The translations under genes were made by a program, and so were the position numbers. A stretch of DNA of 62,944 nucleotides, counting the filler. It is 7 parts of 7 records of this genome, joined end to end, with 100 filler letters (N's around TTAATTAATTAA, not from the genome) between each part and the next. Parts side by side here need not be neighbours in the genome. Positions count along the whole stretch, not along the records: positions 29,776 to 35,560 come from SRR31156797_12471; positions 35,661 to 46,398 come from SRR31156797_12486; 5 more parts are not named here. One strand, given 5' to 3'. Below the pieces are notes generated by a model, which saw only the letters and a program-made list of their open reading frames with translations, was not told where the DNA came from and made no database searches. This document shows, piece after piece, positions 29,998 to 40,089 of this stretch (positions within the stretch are counted from its first letter, which is position 1; every line of letters starts with the position of its first letter).

Positions 29998-30783
29998 TTA
30001 TCTCTTTTCCAGAGCCAGCTCGGCCAAAAACTCGAAAACTTCCATCCCCTGAAGATCTGCTGTTTTCTCACCCCGGAGATATGGTTCCAACCTCTCCAGG
30101 TCCGGATCGCGTTCCGGCGAAAAGATGCCTTTCTTCAGCCCTAGCAACAGGTTTTTTTCATCGAACAGGATAAGAGACTCGAATACGGGGACAGCACCGC
30201 CGTTGGAATATGGTCTGGCAAATAGCCCTAAATCATGGCCCGCCGGCCCAAAAAACACGGTTTGAAAATCCAGTAGTTCAAAAAAGAGATGCAAGCATTC
30301 CTGTATCTGCACAATGGATTTCCGGGCCAGACCATGGCGGGCATCTTCAAGGAGCAGCGCCATGTCGTCTCGAGTATAAGTGAAATCGAGCAGTGCCAGG
30401 GCATCTGCATGCAATCTCTCAAGTGACGCCTTCCCTTTACTTATGATGACATCCTTATCATTCATGATTTTCCGGATATTTCTAATGCTGACCATTTCAT
30501 GCCAGCAAGGGCTTTTGCGCATGACGACATCTTTCACCGTGGTATGGTAAATGGGCAACTCATTGTCCAATACCAGCACCTCCATGGTGTCACCCGCCGG
30601 GGAACGCACGTAGAGTTGGAGATCCCTAACCTTCTCATTCTCAAAATCGGTCATATGGAGAAGTTCCTCTGTGAGGACCTTGTCCAACCACCACCTTCCG
30701 GGGGGCTCTTTCATTGTGGAAACGAGCTTTTCATATAGCTTGTCGAGCTTCATTTTGGACTTTAGATTTTCTTTTAATGACAT
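29998..30783 (-). CDS. Hypothetical protein (261 aa)
   Basis: Long ORF with a GGAG RBS and natural amino-acid composition; no family recognised. Confidence 0.7.
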   Translation of the reverse strand: MSLKENLKSKMKLDKLYEKLVSTMKEPPGRWWLDKVLTEELLHMTDFENEKVRDLQLYVRSPAGDTMEVLVLDNELPIYHTTVKDVVMRKSPCWHEMVSIRNIRKIMNDKDVIISKGKASLERLHADALALLDFTYTRDDMALLLEDARHGLARKSIVQIQECLHLFFELLDFQTVFFGPAGHDLGLFARPYSNGGAVPVFESLILFDEKNLLLGLKKGIFSPERDPDLERLEPYLRGEKTADLQGMEVFEFLAELALEKR

Positions 30784-31099
30784 GGCGACAAACTCCCTTC
30801 AACCCGGTGCCCTCAAAACGACTTTAACCCTTCCCAATTTATTTTATCACACGGTTATTTATTATCCATCATGAATGTTCCCATATTAATATAGTTATTT
30901 GGTGAACGCAATCGAATCATCTGTGATCGGCTTTCCAACCGCGATCCTCCTGGTGCAAGCGAGGCCAAAAAGTCTCTCCCACCGATACTGAAGACCACTA
31001 AATTTCCTTGACTGCAAACCGCTGTTTCCCTATAGTCCCTTCATATTCCACTTAATAAACAAGTTCTTATCTCTCAATTGAGCAAACTGATTTTCAGCC

Positions 31100-32629
31100 A
31101 TGCCCCTGAGTCTGAAAGAATTCCACCACACTTACCGCTCCCGGATTATTGACGAATGGGTGGACAGGCTGAAGGAAAACGCAGGGCCCCTGTACGCCGC
31201 CAGACCCCTTGGAGAGCTTGTGGGAACCATAACGCAGGCTTTCGAGGCCAATTACCATTTCCTGGTCGAAGGGCGGATGGGTCCCATCAACCGGTTCATT
31301 GATAAAATCTGTAAAAAGCGCCTTGAAACCGGGTTTCTCCTGTCGGACGTTCAAACGGCGTTCGAATTCTACCGGATCATCGTTATCCCGATCCTGGCGC
31401 AACAGTGCTCCAACCGGGATTTTGTCCAGGCAGTGGAAAAAATCAACTGCTGCCTGGCCTATACCATTCGCCGTTTCAGCGAACATTTTCAAGATATGCA
31501 CGAGAAAAAAATTCTGGACCATAACCGGCAGTTGGAAGACCAGGTTCGGACCAGGACGAGGGCGCTTCGGGAATCGGAATTACGCTACAAAATACTGGTG
31601 GAAGAGATCAATGACGGGTACTTTGTCATCCGGGACCGGATAGTTGTCTTTGCCAACCGCGCCTTCTGCCAGATGCACGGATATCTGCCGGAAGAGGTCC
31701 TGGGCAAGAAATTTTATAACTTTTTGGCCCCCGTGGACCGAAAAAGCGTCATCGATATTTACAAAAAAAGCATTGAAAATCAACCCAGTCCCGCCATATT
31801 CGAATACATGCGTCTGACCAAGGACGGAAAAGAATATCCCACGGAAATCAGGGCGAATACAGCGGATTATGATGGCCGGTTGTCCAACATCGGCATCTGC
31901 AGGGACATGACTGAACGGGTAAAAATGGAAAGAAAGGTCAGGGAGTCGGAACGGATGGCCTATATCGGCCAGATCACCACCTCCCTTTCCCACGAAATTC
32001 GAAATCCTCTCTCAACCGTCAAAATGAATCTTCAGATACTGGAGAAAAATCCGGACATTCTGGGGAACGATAAACGCCGCGTCAAGATCTCCATTCGGGA
32101 AACGACCCGGCTGGAACGGATTCTCAACCAGTTGCTCGATTTTGCCAAACCTCTCCAAGTGGAATTTTCACCCGTTGACCTCAATGGGGTCCTGAACATC
32201 TGCCGGGAAACCCTTGACGTTAAATTCAAGGAGAAGCGCTTGAGGGTCACGGAGAATTTTGATGAGACGGCCCCTCTTCTGCAGGGCGACGCGGGTAAAT
32301 TGGAGCAGGCCTTTTTCAATCTTTTCTTCAATGCCGTGGATGCCTCCGCCCAGGGCGGCCGCATCCACATTAAAAGCCTTTACCATGACGATTCAGAAAA
32401 CCCCCATATGGAAGTGGTCGTCAAGGATGAGGGGCACGGCATTGAATCCGAAGTGATGAAAAAAATCTTCAAACCCTTTTTTTCCACCCGAACCAAAGGG
32501 GCCGGTCTCGGTCTTTCCAACGTTAAACGGATTGTTTGGGCCCATGGCGGTTCTGTCAGAGCTGAAAACCGAAGATCCAAAGGCGCGACCTTCCGCGTAA
32601 CCCTCCCTTTAGGCAGAAGACATGGCTAA
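31100..32629 (+). CDS. Sensor histidine kinase (RsbRD_N-like N-terminus, PAS, HisKA, HATPase)
   Basis: IIDEWVDRL helical N-terminus, PAS (FANRAF..MHGY), SHEIRNPL, NAVDA, DEGHG, GAGLGL. Confidence 0.88.
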   Translation: MPLSLKEFHHTYRSRIIDEWVDRLKENAGPLYAARPLGELVGTITQAFEANYHFLVEGRMGPINRFIDKICKKRLETGFLLSDVQTAFEFYRIIVIPILAQQCSNRDFVQAVEKINCCLAYTIRRFSEHFQDMHEKKILDHNRQLEDQVRTRTRALRESELRYKILVEEINDGYFVIRDRIVVFANRAFCQMHGYLPEEVLGKKFYNFLAPVDRKSVIDIYKKSIENQPSPAIFEYMRLTKDGKEYPTEIRANTADYDGRLSNIGICRDMTERVKMERKVRESERMAYIGQITTSLSHEIRNPLSTVKMNLQILEKNPDILGNDKRRVKISIRETTRLERILNQLLDFAKPLQVEFSPVDLNGVLNICRETLDVKFKEKRLRVTENFDETAPLLQGDAGKLEQAFFNLFFNAVDASAQGGRIHIKSLYHDDSENPHMEVVVKDEGHGIESEVMKKIFKPFFSTRTKGAGLGLSNVKRIVWAHGGSVRAENRRSKGATFRVTLPLGRRHG

Positions 32630-33977
32630 AATTCTGATCATTGACGACGAGCATTCCATTCTGGAATCCCTGGACATGTTTCTGGGGGAAAAAGGTCACA
32701 GCGTATTCAAGGCGGATAACGGTAAAGACGGGTACACCATTTTTGCCCGGGAAACGCCGGAGGTGGTCATCCTGGATATTCGTCTCCCCGACATGAACGG
32801 TCTGGATGTGTTGGCGCGAATCCAGGAGAACCCGTTACCCACAAAGGTTGTCATGATGACGGCCTTTCAGGATATGGAAACAACCATTGAAGCCATGAAA
32901 CGGGGCGCCTACGACTACCTCCATAAGCCCCTGGATGCGGAACTGGTGGAGAAAACGGTCAATCGCGCCTTGCATATCCTGAGGGTTGACCGTGAAACAC
33001 CCCGCATGAAAGAGGATGCCCCTCCGCCCAACAAGGACGTGATCATTGGAAAAAGTGAAAATATGCGGTCGATTTTCAAAATGATCGGCCTGGTGTGTCA
33101 AAACCGGGCCACCGTTCTCATTGAAGGGGAAACGGGAACGGGCAAGGAACTGGTTGCCAGGACCATCCACCGCAACTGCCCCTTTAAGGAAGAACCCTTT
33201 GTTACCATGGATTGCTCATCCACGGTGGAAACCCTTTTGGAGAGCGAACTTTTCGGACATGAAAAGGGGGCCTTCACCGGCGCCACAACCACCCAGAAGG
33301 GGCGGATCGAGCTGGCCGGAAAAGGGACCCTTTTCCTGGATGAACTGGGAGAATTACCCCAGCAGCTTCAGAGTAAATTCTTAGGGTTTCTTCAGCGTCG
33401 CGAATTTACGCGGGTGGGAGGTCACCAAATACTCAAATCCCGCTGCCGCATCATCGGCGCCACCAACCGGGATTTGACCGCCATGGTGCGAAAGAGAGAA
33501 TTCAAGGAGGATCTTTACTACCGCCTGCGCGTGGTCACCCTTCATGTGCCCTCCCTACGGGAACGGTTGTCGGACATTCCGGAACTGGTGAAGCATTTTC
33601 TGCAAAAGATCAACCATGAACTGCACACCGAGGTTACCAAGCTGCAGGCGGGCGTCATAGAAAGGCTCATGGCCCACCCGTGGACGGGGAATGTTCGCGA
33701 ACTGGAGAACTGCCTGGTGGAAGCGGTGGTGCGGGCCATAGGAAATGTGATCCTTTTGGATGACATGGAAGATATTCTTGACTCCGACAGCGGCCTGGAC
33801 TCCGAAGGCCTGTGCGGATATTCCCTCCCCCGCATGGAAAAGGAACACATCGAAAAAACCCTTGGCCGCCTGGCCTGGAATCGCACCCGGGCGGCCCAAG
33901 CCTTGGGGATCTCGCTCCCCACCCTGCGCAGCAAAATCCGAAAATACCGTATCACCGTGCCATCCCTCCGATGGTGA
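32622..33977 (+). CDS. sigma54-dependent response regulator (NtrC-family bEBP)
   Basis: Receiver domain, GETGTGKE, ESELFGHEKGAFTGA, WTGNVREL, C-terminal Fis HTH. Confidence 0.95.
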   Translation: MAKILIIDDEHSILESLDMFLGEKGHSVFKADNGKDGYTIFARETPEVVILDIRLPDMNGLDVLARIQENPLPTKVVMMTAFQDMETTIEAMKRGAYDYLHKPLDAELVEKTVNRALHILRVDRETPRMKEDAPPPNKDVIIGKSENMRSIFKMIGLVCQNRATVLIEGETGTGKELVARTIHRNCPFKEEPFVTMDCSSTVETLLESELFGHEKGAFTGATTTQKGRIELAGKGTLFLDELGELPQQLQSKFLGFLQRREFTRVGGHQILKSRCRIIGATNRDLTAMVRKREFKEDLYYRLRVVTLHVPSLRERLSDIPELVKHFLQKINHELHTEVTKLQAGVIERLMAHPWTGNVRELENCLVEAVVRAIGNVILLDDMEDILDSDSGLDSEGLCGYSLPRMEKEHIEKTLGRLAWNRTRAAQALGISLPTLRSKIRKYRITVPSLRW

Positions 33978-34008
33978 TCCGTACCAACATGGCGCAGGCC
34001 CGGTCACG

Positions 34009-34041
34009 GAAAGAAATTTTCCATGCCTGAAAATTTCTTTC
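34009..34041. promoter_or_regulatory. Putative bEBP upstream activator sequence
   Basis: Perfect 13-bp IR GAAAGAAATTTTC-catgcct-GAAAATTTCTTTC, about 130 bp upstream of the sigma54 promoter. Confidence 0.6.
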
Positions 34042-34152
34042 AGCGCTGCTCAAAAGTGTAAAACCGGCTTCCCTCTCCAAAATATCTTATTTTACCCATA
34101 ATATATACAGGTTACACAAATGGTTTTTCCCTCGGATTCCTGGAAAACCTGT

Positions 34153-34168
34153 TGGCACCAATCTTGCT
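34153..34168 (+). promoter_or_regulatory. sigma54 (-24/-12) promoter
   Basis: TGGCAC-caatc-TTGCT, an exact match to the TGGCAC-N5-TTGCW consensus. Confidence 0.85.
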
Positions 34169-34201
34169 ATAGACCGGGCAATCAATGTAAAAGGATCGGA
34201 A

Positions 34202-34366
34202 ATGGACCTCAAAACGCTCAACGCCATGGAAAAGGAGCATCTTCGGACGGTCCTGGAAAAAACGGGTTGGAATATTGAAAAGGCTTCCCGACTTTTGAAA
34301 ATAACGGTGTCTCAGGTGAAACGGAAGATCCGGACCCACGGTTTGAAACCGCCCCGGTCTTCCTGA
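34202..34366 (+). CDS. Stand-alone Fis-type HTH (HTH_8) microprotein, 54 aa (not in ORF track)
   Basis: MDLKTLNAMEKEHLRTVLEKTGWNIEKASRLLKITVSQVKRKIRTHGLKPPRSS; AAGGA RBS; aligns with the C-terminal HTH of the adjacent bEBP. Confidence 0.8.
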   Translation: MDLKTLNAMEKEHLRTVLEKTGWNIEKASRLLKITVSQVKRKIRTHGLKPPRSS

Positions 34367-34408
34367 AATAGACTCATCTCTTTTTAAACCTTTAAGGAGG
34401 AACAAAGA

Positions 34409-35560
34409 ATGAACACCCAAAACCGACTGATTCCAACCATTATTTTATTTCTATTCTTTCTGGCATTTCCCATCACGGCTTCCCTGGCGGCGGAACCCAT
34501 CAAACTGGGGGCGCCGCTCTCAACAGCCTATCTCTACGGCTGGGATGCGGAGAGGGGTATCAAGCTGGCCGTTGAGGAAATCAACGCTCAAGGCGGCGTC
34601 AATGTGGGGGGTGAAAAAAGGCCCTTTCAGGTGGACGTCATCGACACCCGGGACCTGGAACCGGGGGTTCCCGTGAGCGAAGCCCTCATGGCCATGGAAA
34701 AACTCATTCTGGCAAAGAAGGTCCATTTCATCATCGGCGGTCCGGTCCGCTCCGAAGCGGCCCTTGCGGCCATGTCCCTTCTGTCCAAGCATAAGGTGGT
34801 CTCCATTCTCACCACCGGCGCTTTGAGCCCCAAGTATCATGCCATGGTGGAGAAGAAATACGACAAGTTCAAATATTGCTTTCGGATTCACGGCGAGGCC
34901 AAATGGCTGGTCAAGGAAATTCTCACCTGTTTAACGGAAATCAAGGAAAAATACGGCTTTGATCGACTCTTCATCATGGTTCAGGATGTGAGCCATGCCC
35001 GGGCCGCGGGCAAAATCCTGGGCAAACTGGCCAAAAAAATGGGCTGGGACGTGACGGGTACCGAGATATACCCCACCGGCACCAGCGACTTTTCCATGGG
35101 CCTCATCAAGGCCAAAAAGACCAACAGCGAGGTGCTTTCCATCTGGATGGATATGCCGGAAAGCTCCATTTTACTGAAACAGTGGTATGACATGAAAATT
35201 CCGGCCCTCCCCTTCGGCTCCACCCTGGCCGCGGCCGAACAGCCGGGCTTCTGGGAGGCCACCAAGGGGAAGGGTCAGTATTGCCTGGCCAACGTGGTGA
35301 ACGCCGGCAACGCACCCAGCAATGCCACCCCATGGACCATGAAATTCTACAACGCCTACAAGGACCGCTGGGATATCGAGCCGGAAGGCCTGGGGAGCGC
35401 CAGCAGCTACATGGCCGTCTACGTGTTGAAAGACGCCATTGAGCGCGCCGGGGCCCTGGATCCCGACAAGGTGGTGGCCGCCCTTGAAAAAACCGACATC
35501 ATGGGCGTCTACGGCAGACTCCGCTTCTCTCCCAAAGGGCACCAGGTTATTCCTTCCTTT
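34409..35560 (+). CDS. Branched-chain amino acid-type ABC substrate-binding protein (3' truncated)
   Basis: Signal peptide, IKLG, LAVEEINAQGG and DAIERAG..D...AALE motifs; AAGGAGG RBS. Confidence 0.88.
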
Positions 35561-35660
35561 NNNNNNNNNNNNNNNNNNNNNNNNNNNNNNNNNNNNNNNN
35601 NNNNTTAATTAATTAANNNNNNNNNNNNNNNNNNNNNNNNNNNNNNNNNNNNNNNNNNNN
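35561..35660. other. Artificial contig spacer
   Basis: 44 N + TTAATTAATTAA + 44 N. Confidence 0.98.
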
Positions 35661-35766
35661 TGCGTCAACCTATAGCATGAACTGACAGTTTGAAAAAGAA
35701 ACCTGAAACTTGAAACTTGAAACAAAAGTATCTTTTCTTACCTTTGAGTATCTAAATTTAATTAAT

Positions 35767-36192
35767 ATGAAGCTAGTTATTATCAACGGCCCTAATTTAA
35801 ACTTGTTAGGTCAACGTGAACCTGAAATATATGGAAATGAGTCTTTTGAGAGTTACCTCAATAAACTAATTGCACGATTTTCTGCACACGATATTGATTA
35901 TTTTCAATCTAATTCAGAAGGAGAATTGATTGATTTTATTCAAAAAGTAGGATTTGACGTAGATGGTATTGTTTTTAATCCTGCCGGATATTCACATACT
36001 TCAGTTGCTATCGCAGATGCAGTTGCTGCCGTTACGGCGCCTGTAATTGAAGTTCATATTTCGAATATTTATGCACGTGAATCTTTCAGACATAAGTCAG
36101 TAACAGGCAGTAGTGCAAAAGCTGTAATTACTGGTGCAGGTCTCCAGGGTTATAGTCTGGCTATTCAGCTTCTGACCAATCCGGAAGATTAG
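35767..36192 (+). CDS. aroQ: Type II 3-dehydroquinate dehydratase
   Basis: NGPNLNLLGQREPEIYG, QSNSEG, EVHISN..ARE.FRH; a Bacteroidota -7 motif TACCTTTG lies at 35739-35746. Confidence 0.95.
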   Translation: MKLVIINGPNLNLLGQREPEIYGNESFESYLNKLIARFSAHDIDYFQSNSEGELIDFIQKVGFDVDGIVFNPAGYSHTSVAIADAVAAVTAPVIEVHISNIYARESFRHKSVTGSSAKAVITGAGLQGYSLAIQLLTNPED

Positions 36193-36709
36193 TCATTTGA
36201 TGCAATTCTTTGACAGCATTTTTTATCCTTGACATTCCATCACCTTTTACTATTGCAAAAGGTTTCTCAAGTGCTTTTATTTCTTCTTTGTATTTGTAGA
36301 ATAATACTTTGCGCATTTCACCACCATTTTCTCTTACTGGATCTGCAATCCACGGAAGGTCATAATAGCAGAGTAAAAAAGCATCAAAGTCCATTTGCTT
36401 AAGCCAGGTATTTATTTCATTCGGTTTTTCACCAAAAACTACATCAAACCAAACCTTGGTAATTATCATTTCTGTATCAAAGAAAATGGGTCGAGGGTCA
36501 TCTTTTATATTTTCATACGTCTCTAGTAGCCATTTAGCAATATGTTTCACGTCATCATAGGTATAGGCTCTTTCCAGGTTTTCGATATATCCACGTGCAT
36601 ATTCTTTGATCCAATCGCCTTGATAATATTTAGCAAGGTACTGTGCAAGAATACTTTTCCCGGTTGATTCCGGCCCTAGAATTGCTATGCGTAATCCCTT
36701 GCTTTTCAT
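36161..36709 (-). CDS. NadR-like nicotinamide riboside kinase / AAA_28 ATPase
   Basis: GPESTGKS, EYAR.Y, FDT, LPW.ADPVRE; coupled to pnuC. Confidence 0.85.
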   Translation of the reverse strand: MKSKGLRIAILGPESTGKSILAQYLAKYYQGDWIKEYARGYIENLERAYTYDDVKHIAKWLLETYENIKDDPRPIFFDTEMIITKVWFDVVFGEKPNEINTWLKQMDFDAFLLCYYDLPWIADPVRENGGEMRKVLFYKYKEEIKALEKPFAIVKGDGMSRIKNAVKELHQMTNLPDWSEAE

Positions 36710-37341
36710 GTTGATAAGGCTTTTCTTTTAAGTCCTGTGGAAGTAAGTATTTGTAAAACCGGATGTTTTTTATAATCTTTTAACCATTCAATATAACCAA
36801 TAACAGCCATACTTGTGTATACAAAGAACAATATGGCAGTGGGATAGAGGCCTTTATCGATGTAAAGTATAAGTGATACAAAGTCGATTAAAACCCAAAA
36901 AATCCAGTGTTCTTTAATTTTTCGAGCCAGCATCCATGTGGCGACTACACTTCCGGCAGTTGTAAATCCATCGCCAATTGGCACTTCGGAGTCGGTCAGA
37001 TAATTAAGAAACGCCCACATAGCTATCCAAAGAACTCCCCATGATATTAATAACCAGCTCATCAATACCTTTCCGGATGCTGTAACTGGCAATTCTTTTT
37101 GACTATTGCCACCTTTTTTCCAGTGAATCCAGCCATAAATACTAATTACGACGTAATATGCCTGCAATGACATATCTGCGTAGAATTTTGAAACCAGAAA
37201 AACATAGATATAAAGCGCACTTGTTAACAATCCAAACAACCAAAGTAAAATATTTTGTCTGATGGATAAGAACAAATAAATAATGCCTAACGTGGCAGCA
37301 GTAATCTCAACCCAATTTCTAACGATCCATTCTAAAATCAT
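36706..37341 (-). CDS. pnuC: Nicotinamide riboside transporter PnuC
   Basis: YGWIHW, D.FTTA.S, W..W..ID motifs; multi-TM. Confidence 0.9.
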   Translation of the reverse strand: MILEWIVRNWVEITAATLGIIYLFLSIRQNILLWLFGLLTSALYIYVFLVSKFYADMSLQAYYVVISIYGWIHWKKGGNSQKELPVTASGKVLMSWLLISWGVLWIAMWAFLNYLTDSEVPIGDGFTTAGSVVATWMLARKIKEHWIFWVLIDFVSLILYIDKGLYPTAILFFVYTSMAVIGYIEWLKDYKKHPVLQILTSTGLKRKALST

Positions 37342-37377
37342 TCTGCAACTTTCTTCTCAGTTTCTCAATTTAAAGAT

Positions 37378-38976
37378 TTAGTTGGCTGTCAGAATCTCTT
37401 CAAATTTTTCATCATTGGTAATGATTTCAACAGCTTTATTGAAAATTGGATCAAGCTTATTGATTAATTCAAAAAACTCACTGTATCCATATAATGATCT
37501 TGCATAAAGGGCTTCTAATTGAATATATATAGCTTCTTTTGAACGCTCAATATCTCCATCCTTGGGTTCCACTTTTTGATCTTTAGCATAATTCATAAGG
37601 CCTTCGTAAATCTCATCTGAAACTTCAAATTTCTTTTTAAATGATTCGAAATCTGAATATTTCTTCAGCAGACTTTTTCTGTTTTTGTTTACTTCAGTTA
37701 AAACGTATTGGTAAAAAACACCTTTACGGATTAAGTCACGATAAAAATCAGTATAATAAGAAGTATCAATTGGAACAAAAACATCAGGCATAATTCCTCC
37801 ACCACCAAAAACTGTTCGCTTATTTACCAGTGTTTGATATTTTAATGAATCTGGAAAATCTATACTATCTGCACTCATTAATTCTCCACTCTCATATCGT
37901 TTGATTAAGTCTCTGTGGTAGTCTTTTACCCCTTTATCATAAGGTTTCTGAATTACTCGCCCGGTGGGGGTGTGATAACGCGCTACAGTTAGTCTCATAG
38001 CTGACATACCAGGAAGCGGGAATTGCTTTTGCACTAAACCTTTTCCAAACGATCTACGACCAACAATTACACCTCTATCCCAATCTTGAACTGCTCCACT
38101 AACAATTTCACTGGCTGAAGCTGAACCCTCATCAATCATTACAACAACTTTTCCTGTCTCAAATTGCCCAATGCCAGTGGCTTTAAGTTCCTCTTTTGGT
38201 GCATTAAGTCCCTCAGTGTAAACGATCATTTTGCCTGATTCCAAAAACTCATCTGCCAGACTTTCAGCGGTTGAAAGGTAACCTCCACCATTATTTGTAA
38301 GATCAAGAACAAGGTTGTTGACTTTCTCCGTTTTTAATTTCATCAAGCTTTGACGGTATTCAGTCATTGTGGTTGCTGAAAAACGGTTTATTTTTACATA
38401 TAAAGTATTTTCATTAATTAGATAAGCTGCATCAAGCGAGTTAATTGGAATTTTATCACGAGTTATTGTGAAATCCAATAGCTTTTTTACACCATTTCTT
38501 TTAATCTTGAGATTAACTTTGGTGCCTTTTTTCCCTTTAAGATATTTAAAAACATCATTGTTTTTTAATCCTATTCCAGCAATATTTTCATCATCAACCT
38601 CAATGATCTGGTCACCAGCCATTAATCCAACTTTTTCAGAAGGACCACCGGTAATGGTCGCTACAACTAATAGTGTGTCTCTAAGTATATTAAACTGGAT
38701 GCCAATTCCTTCAAAACTTCCTTCTAGTGGCTCATTCATTTTTTCAATTTCTTCTTTTGAAATGTAAATTGAATGGGGATCAAGATCCTGCAACATTTTA
38801 GTGATGGCAGATTCTACCAATTTTTTATCATCAACAGAATCTACGTAATATTTATTTACAAGATTGAAAGTTCGCATAAATTTACCAAGTTCTTCGCTAA
38901 ATAGCTGTCCATTAGAAGTTTGTATTCCAATTGCAAATAAGGAAATGAGTAATAAAACGAGATTTTTTATTTTCAT
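37378..38976 (-). CDS. S41 carboxyl-terminal processing protease
   Basis: LDPHS, GIGI PDZ entry, DL..NGGG, SASASEI, SFGKGLVQ. Confidence 0.93.
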   Translation of the reverse strand: MKIKNLVLLLISLFAIGIQTSNGQLFSEELGKFMRTFNLVNKYYVDSVDDKKLVESAITKMLQDLDPHSIYISKEEIEKMNEPLEGSFEGIGIQFNILRDTLLVVATITGGPSEKVGLMAGDQIIEVDDENIAGIGLKNNDVFKYLKGKKGTKVNLKIKRNGVKKLLDFTITRDKIPINSLDAAYLINENTLYVKINRFSATTMTEYRQSLMKLKTEKVNNLVLDLTNNGGGYLSTAESLADEFLESGKMIVYTEGLNAPKEELKATGIGQFETGKVVVMIDEGSASASEIVSGAVQDWDRGVIVGRRSFGKGLVQKQFPLPGMSAMRLTVARYHTPTGRVIQKPYDKGVKDYHRDLIKRYESGELMSADSIDFPDSLKYQTLVNKRTVFGGGGIMPDVFVPIDTSYYTDFYRDLIRKGVFYQYVLTEVNKNRKSLLKKYSDFESFKKKFEVSDEIYEGLMNYAKDQKVEPKDGDIERSKEAIYIQLEALYARSLYGYSEFFELINKLDPIFNKAVEIITNDEKFEEILTAN

Positions 38977-39057
38977 AATTAAAATATTTAAAACGCTTTA
39001 AGGGTCTGTAGTAATAACTAACAAAAATAATACTATAATGTATTTAAAACGGCAATT

Positions 39058-40089
39058 TTAGAGCTTTTGTTTGTTTTCTTGGAAATCCATGTACAAATGA
39101 TTAATAAGATCCTGTAGTGCGAAAAACTCAAATTTTGCCTTTTTAGGGTTTACAGTCCATATGATTTCCTGGTTTTTGTGTTCAATTTCAATTTCAGGAC
39201 CGGAGCATGTGTTGTCAACTTTTATGTGCAGTCGGTCTAAAGCTCTCTCTGTCCATTTGTAAAGTGATCCACTGCCAAGCAATTTTACACAAAAATTATA
39301 TTTTCGCTGAATTCTAAATTCATTATTTTCAGCATCAAAATAAACTTCAGAATGACGGAATAGCTCATTAATGGTATCTTTTAAAACCATTTCTTCTGGT
39401 AAGCCCTGAAGAATTTTTTTATTGTCTATAAACCATAGCAAATCTGCAGTACCTAACACAATCTGTAAATCATGAGAAGAGAATAGAATGATTTTGCGCT
39501 TTTCATGGGCTAATCTTCCGAGTAAATGTAGAATCTCAAATTTGTTTTTTACATCAAGAAACGCGGTAGGTTCATCCAATAATATGATGTCAGTGTCCTG
39601 GGCTAAACTGCGGGCAATTAATACTCGTTGTTTTTCCCCATCAGAAATTTCACTAATAAATGCATCTCTTAGATGAAAAATTCCCGTGTCATGCATTGCC
39701 TTGGTAATGATTAACTTATCTTTATATTGCAGTTGACCTAATATGTTGGTGTAAGGATATCTACCGTAACTTACTACCTGATGAACACGCATCATGGCAT
39801 GCATATCATAGTGTGTGCCCACAAAGCTGAGTTTTTCAGCTAGTTCATGACGGTTATAACTATGCAAGTTCTTGTTTTCAATGGTAATTTGTCCTTTAAT
39901 TGGAGGCTGTAATCCTGCTAAGGTTCGTAATAACGTACTTTTACCACTTCCATTTGCACCAACGAGTGCAATTAAATGACCTCTGGATGCTTCTAAATCA
40001 ATATCTGGAATTATAGTTCTTTTGTTCCGACCTGATTCGTAACCAACAGATAGGTTATTAAGTTTGATATGTACATCGTTACTTACCAT
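39058..40089 (-). CDS. Iron-siderophore/cobalamin ABC transporter ATP-binding protein
   Basis: GANGSGKS, GRYPY, ISDGEKQR, LDEPTAFLD, SHDL. Confidence 0.9.
   Translation of the reverse strand: MVSNDVHIKLNNLSVGYESGRNKRTIIPDIDLEASRGHLIALVGANGSGKSTLLRTLAGLQPPIKGQITIENKNLHSYNRHELAEKLSFVGTHYDMHAMMRVHQVVSYGRYPYTNILGQLQYKDKLIITKAMHDTGIFHLRDAFISEISDGEKQRVLIARSLAQDTDIILLDEPTAFLDVKNKFEILHLLGRLAHEKRKIILFSSHDLQIVLGTADLLWFIDNKKILQGLPEEMVLKDTINELFRHSEVYFDAENNEFRIQRKYNFCVKLLGSGSLYKWTERALDRLHIKVDNTCSGPEIEIEHKNQEIIWTVNPKKAKFEFFALQDLINHLYMDFQENKQKL

Noticed and set aside
29829-30173. 114-aa plus-strand ORF at the start of contig 4
   Set aside because: It overlaps the better-supported minus-strand gene and has no family features.
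36161-36192. Convergent 32-nt overlap of aroQ and the NadR-like gene as a regulatory feature
   Set aside because: Short tail-to-tail overlaps are common in compact Bacteroidota genomes.
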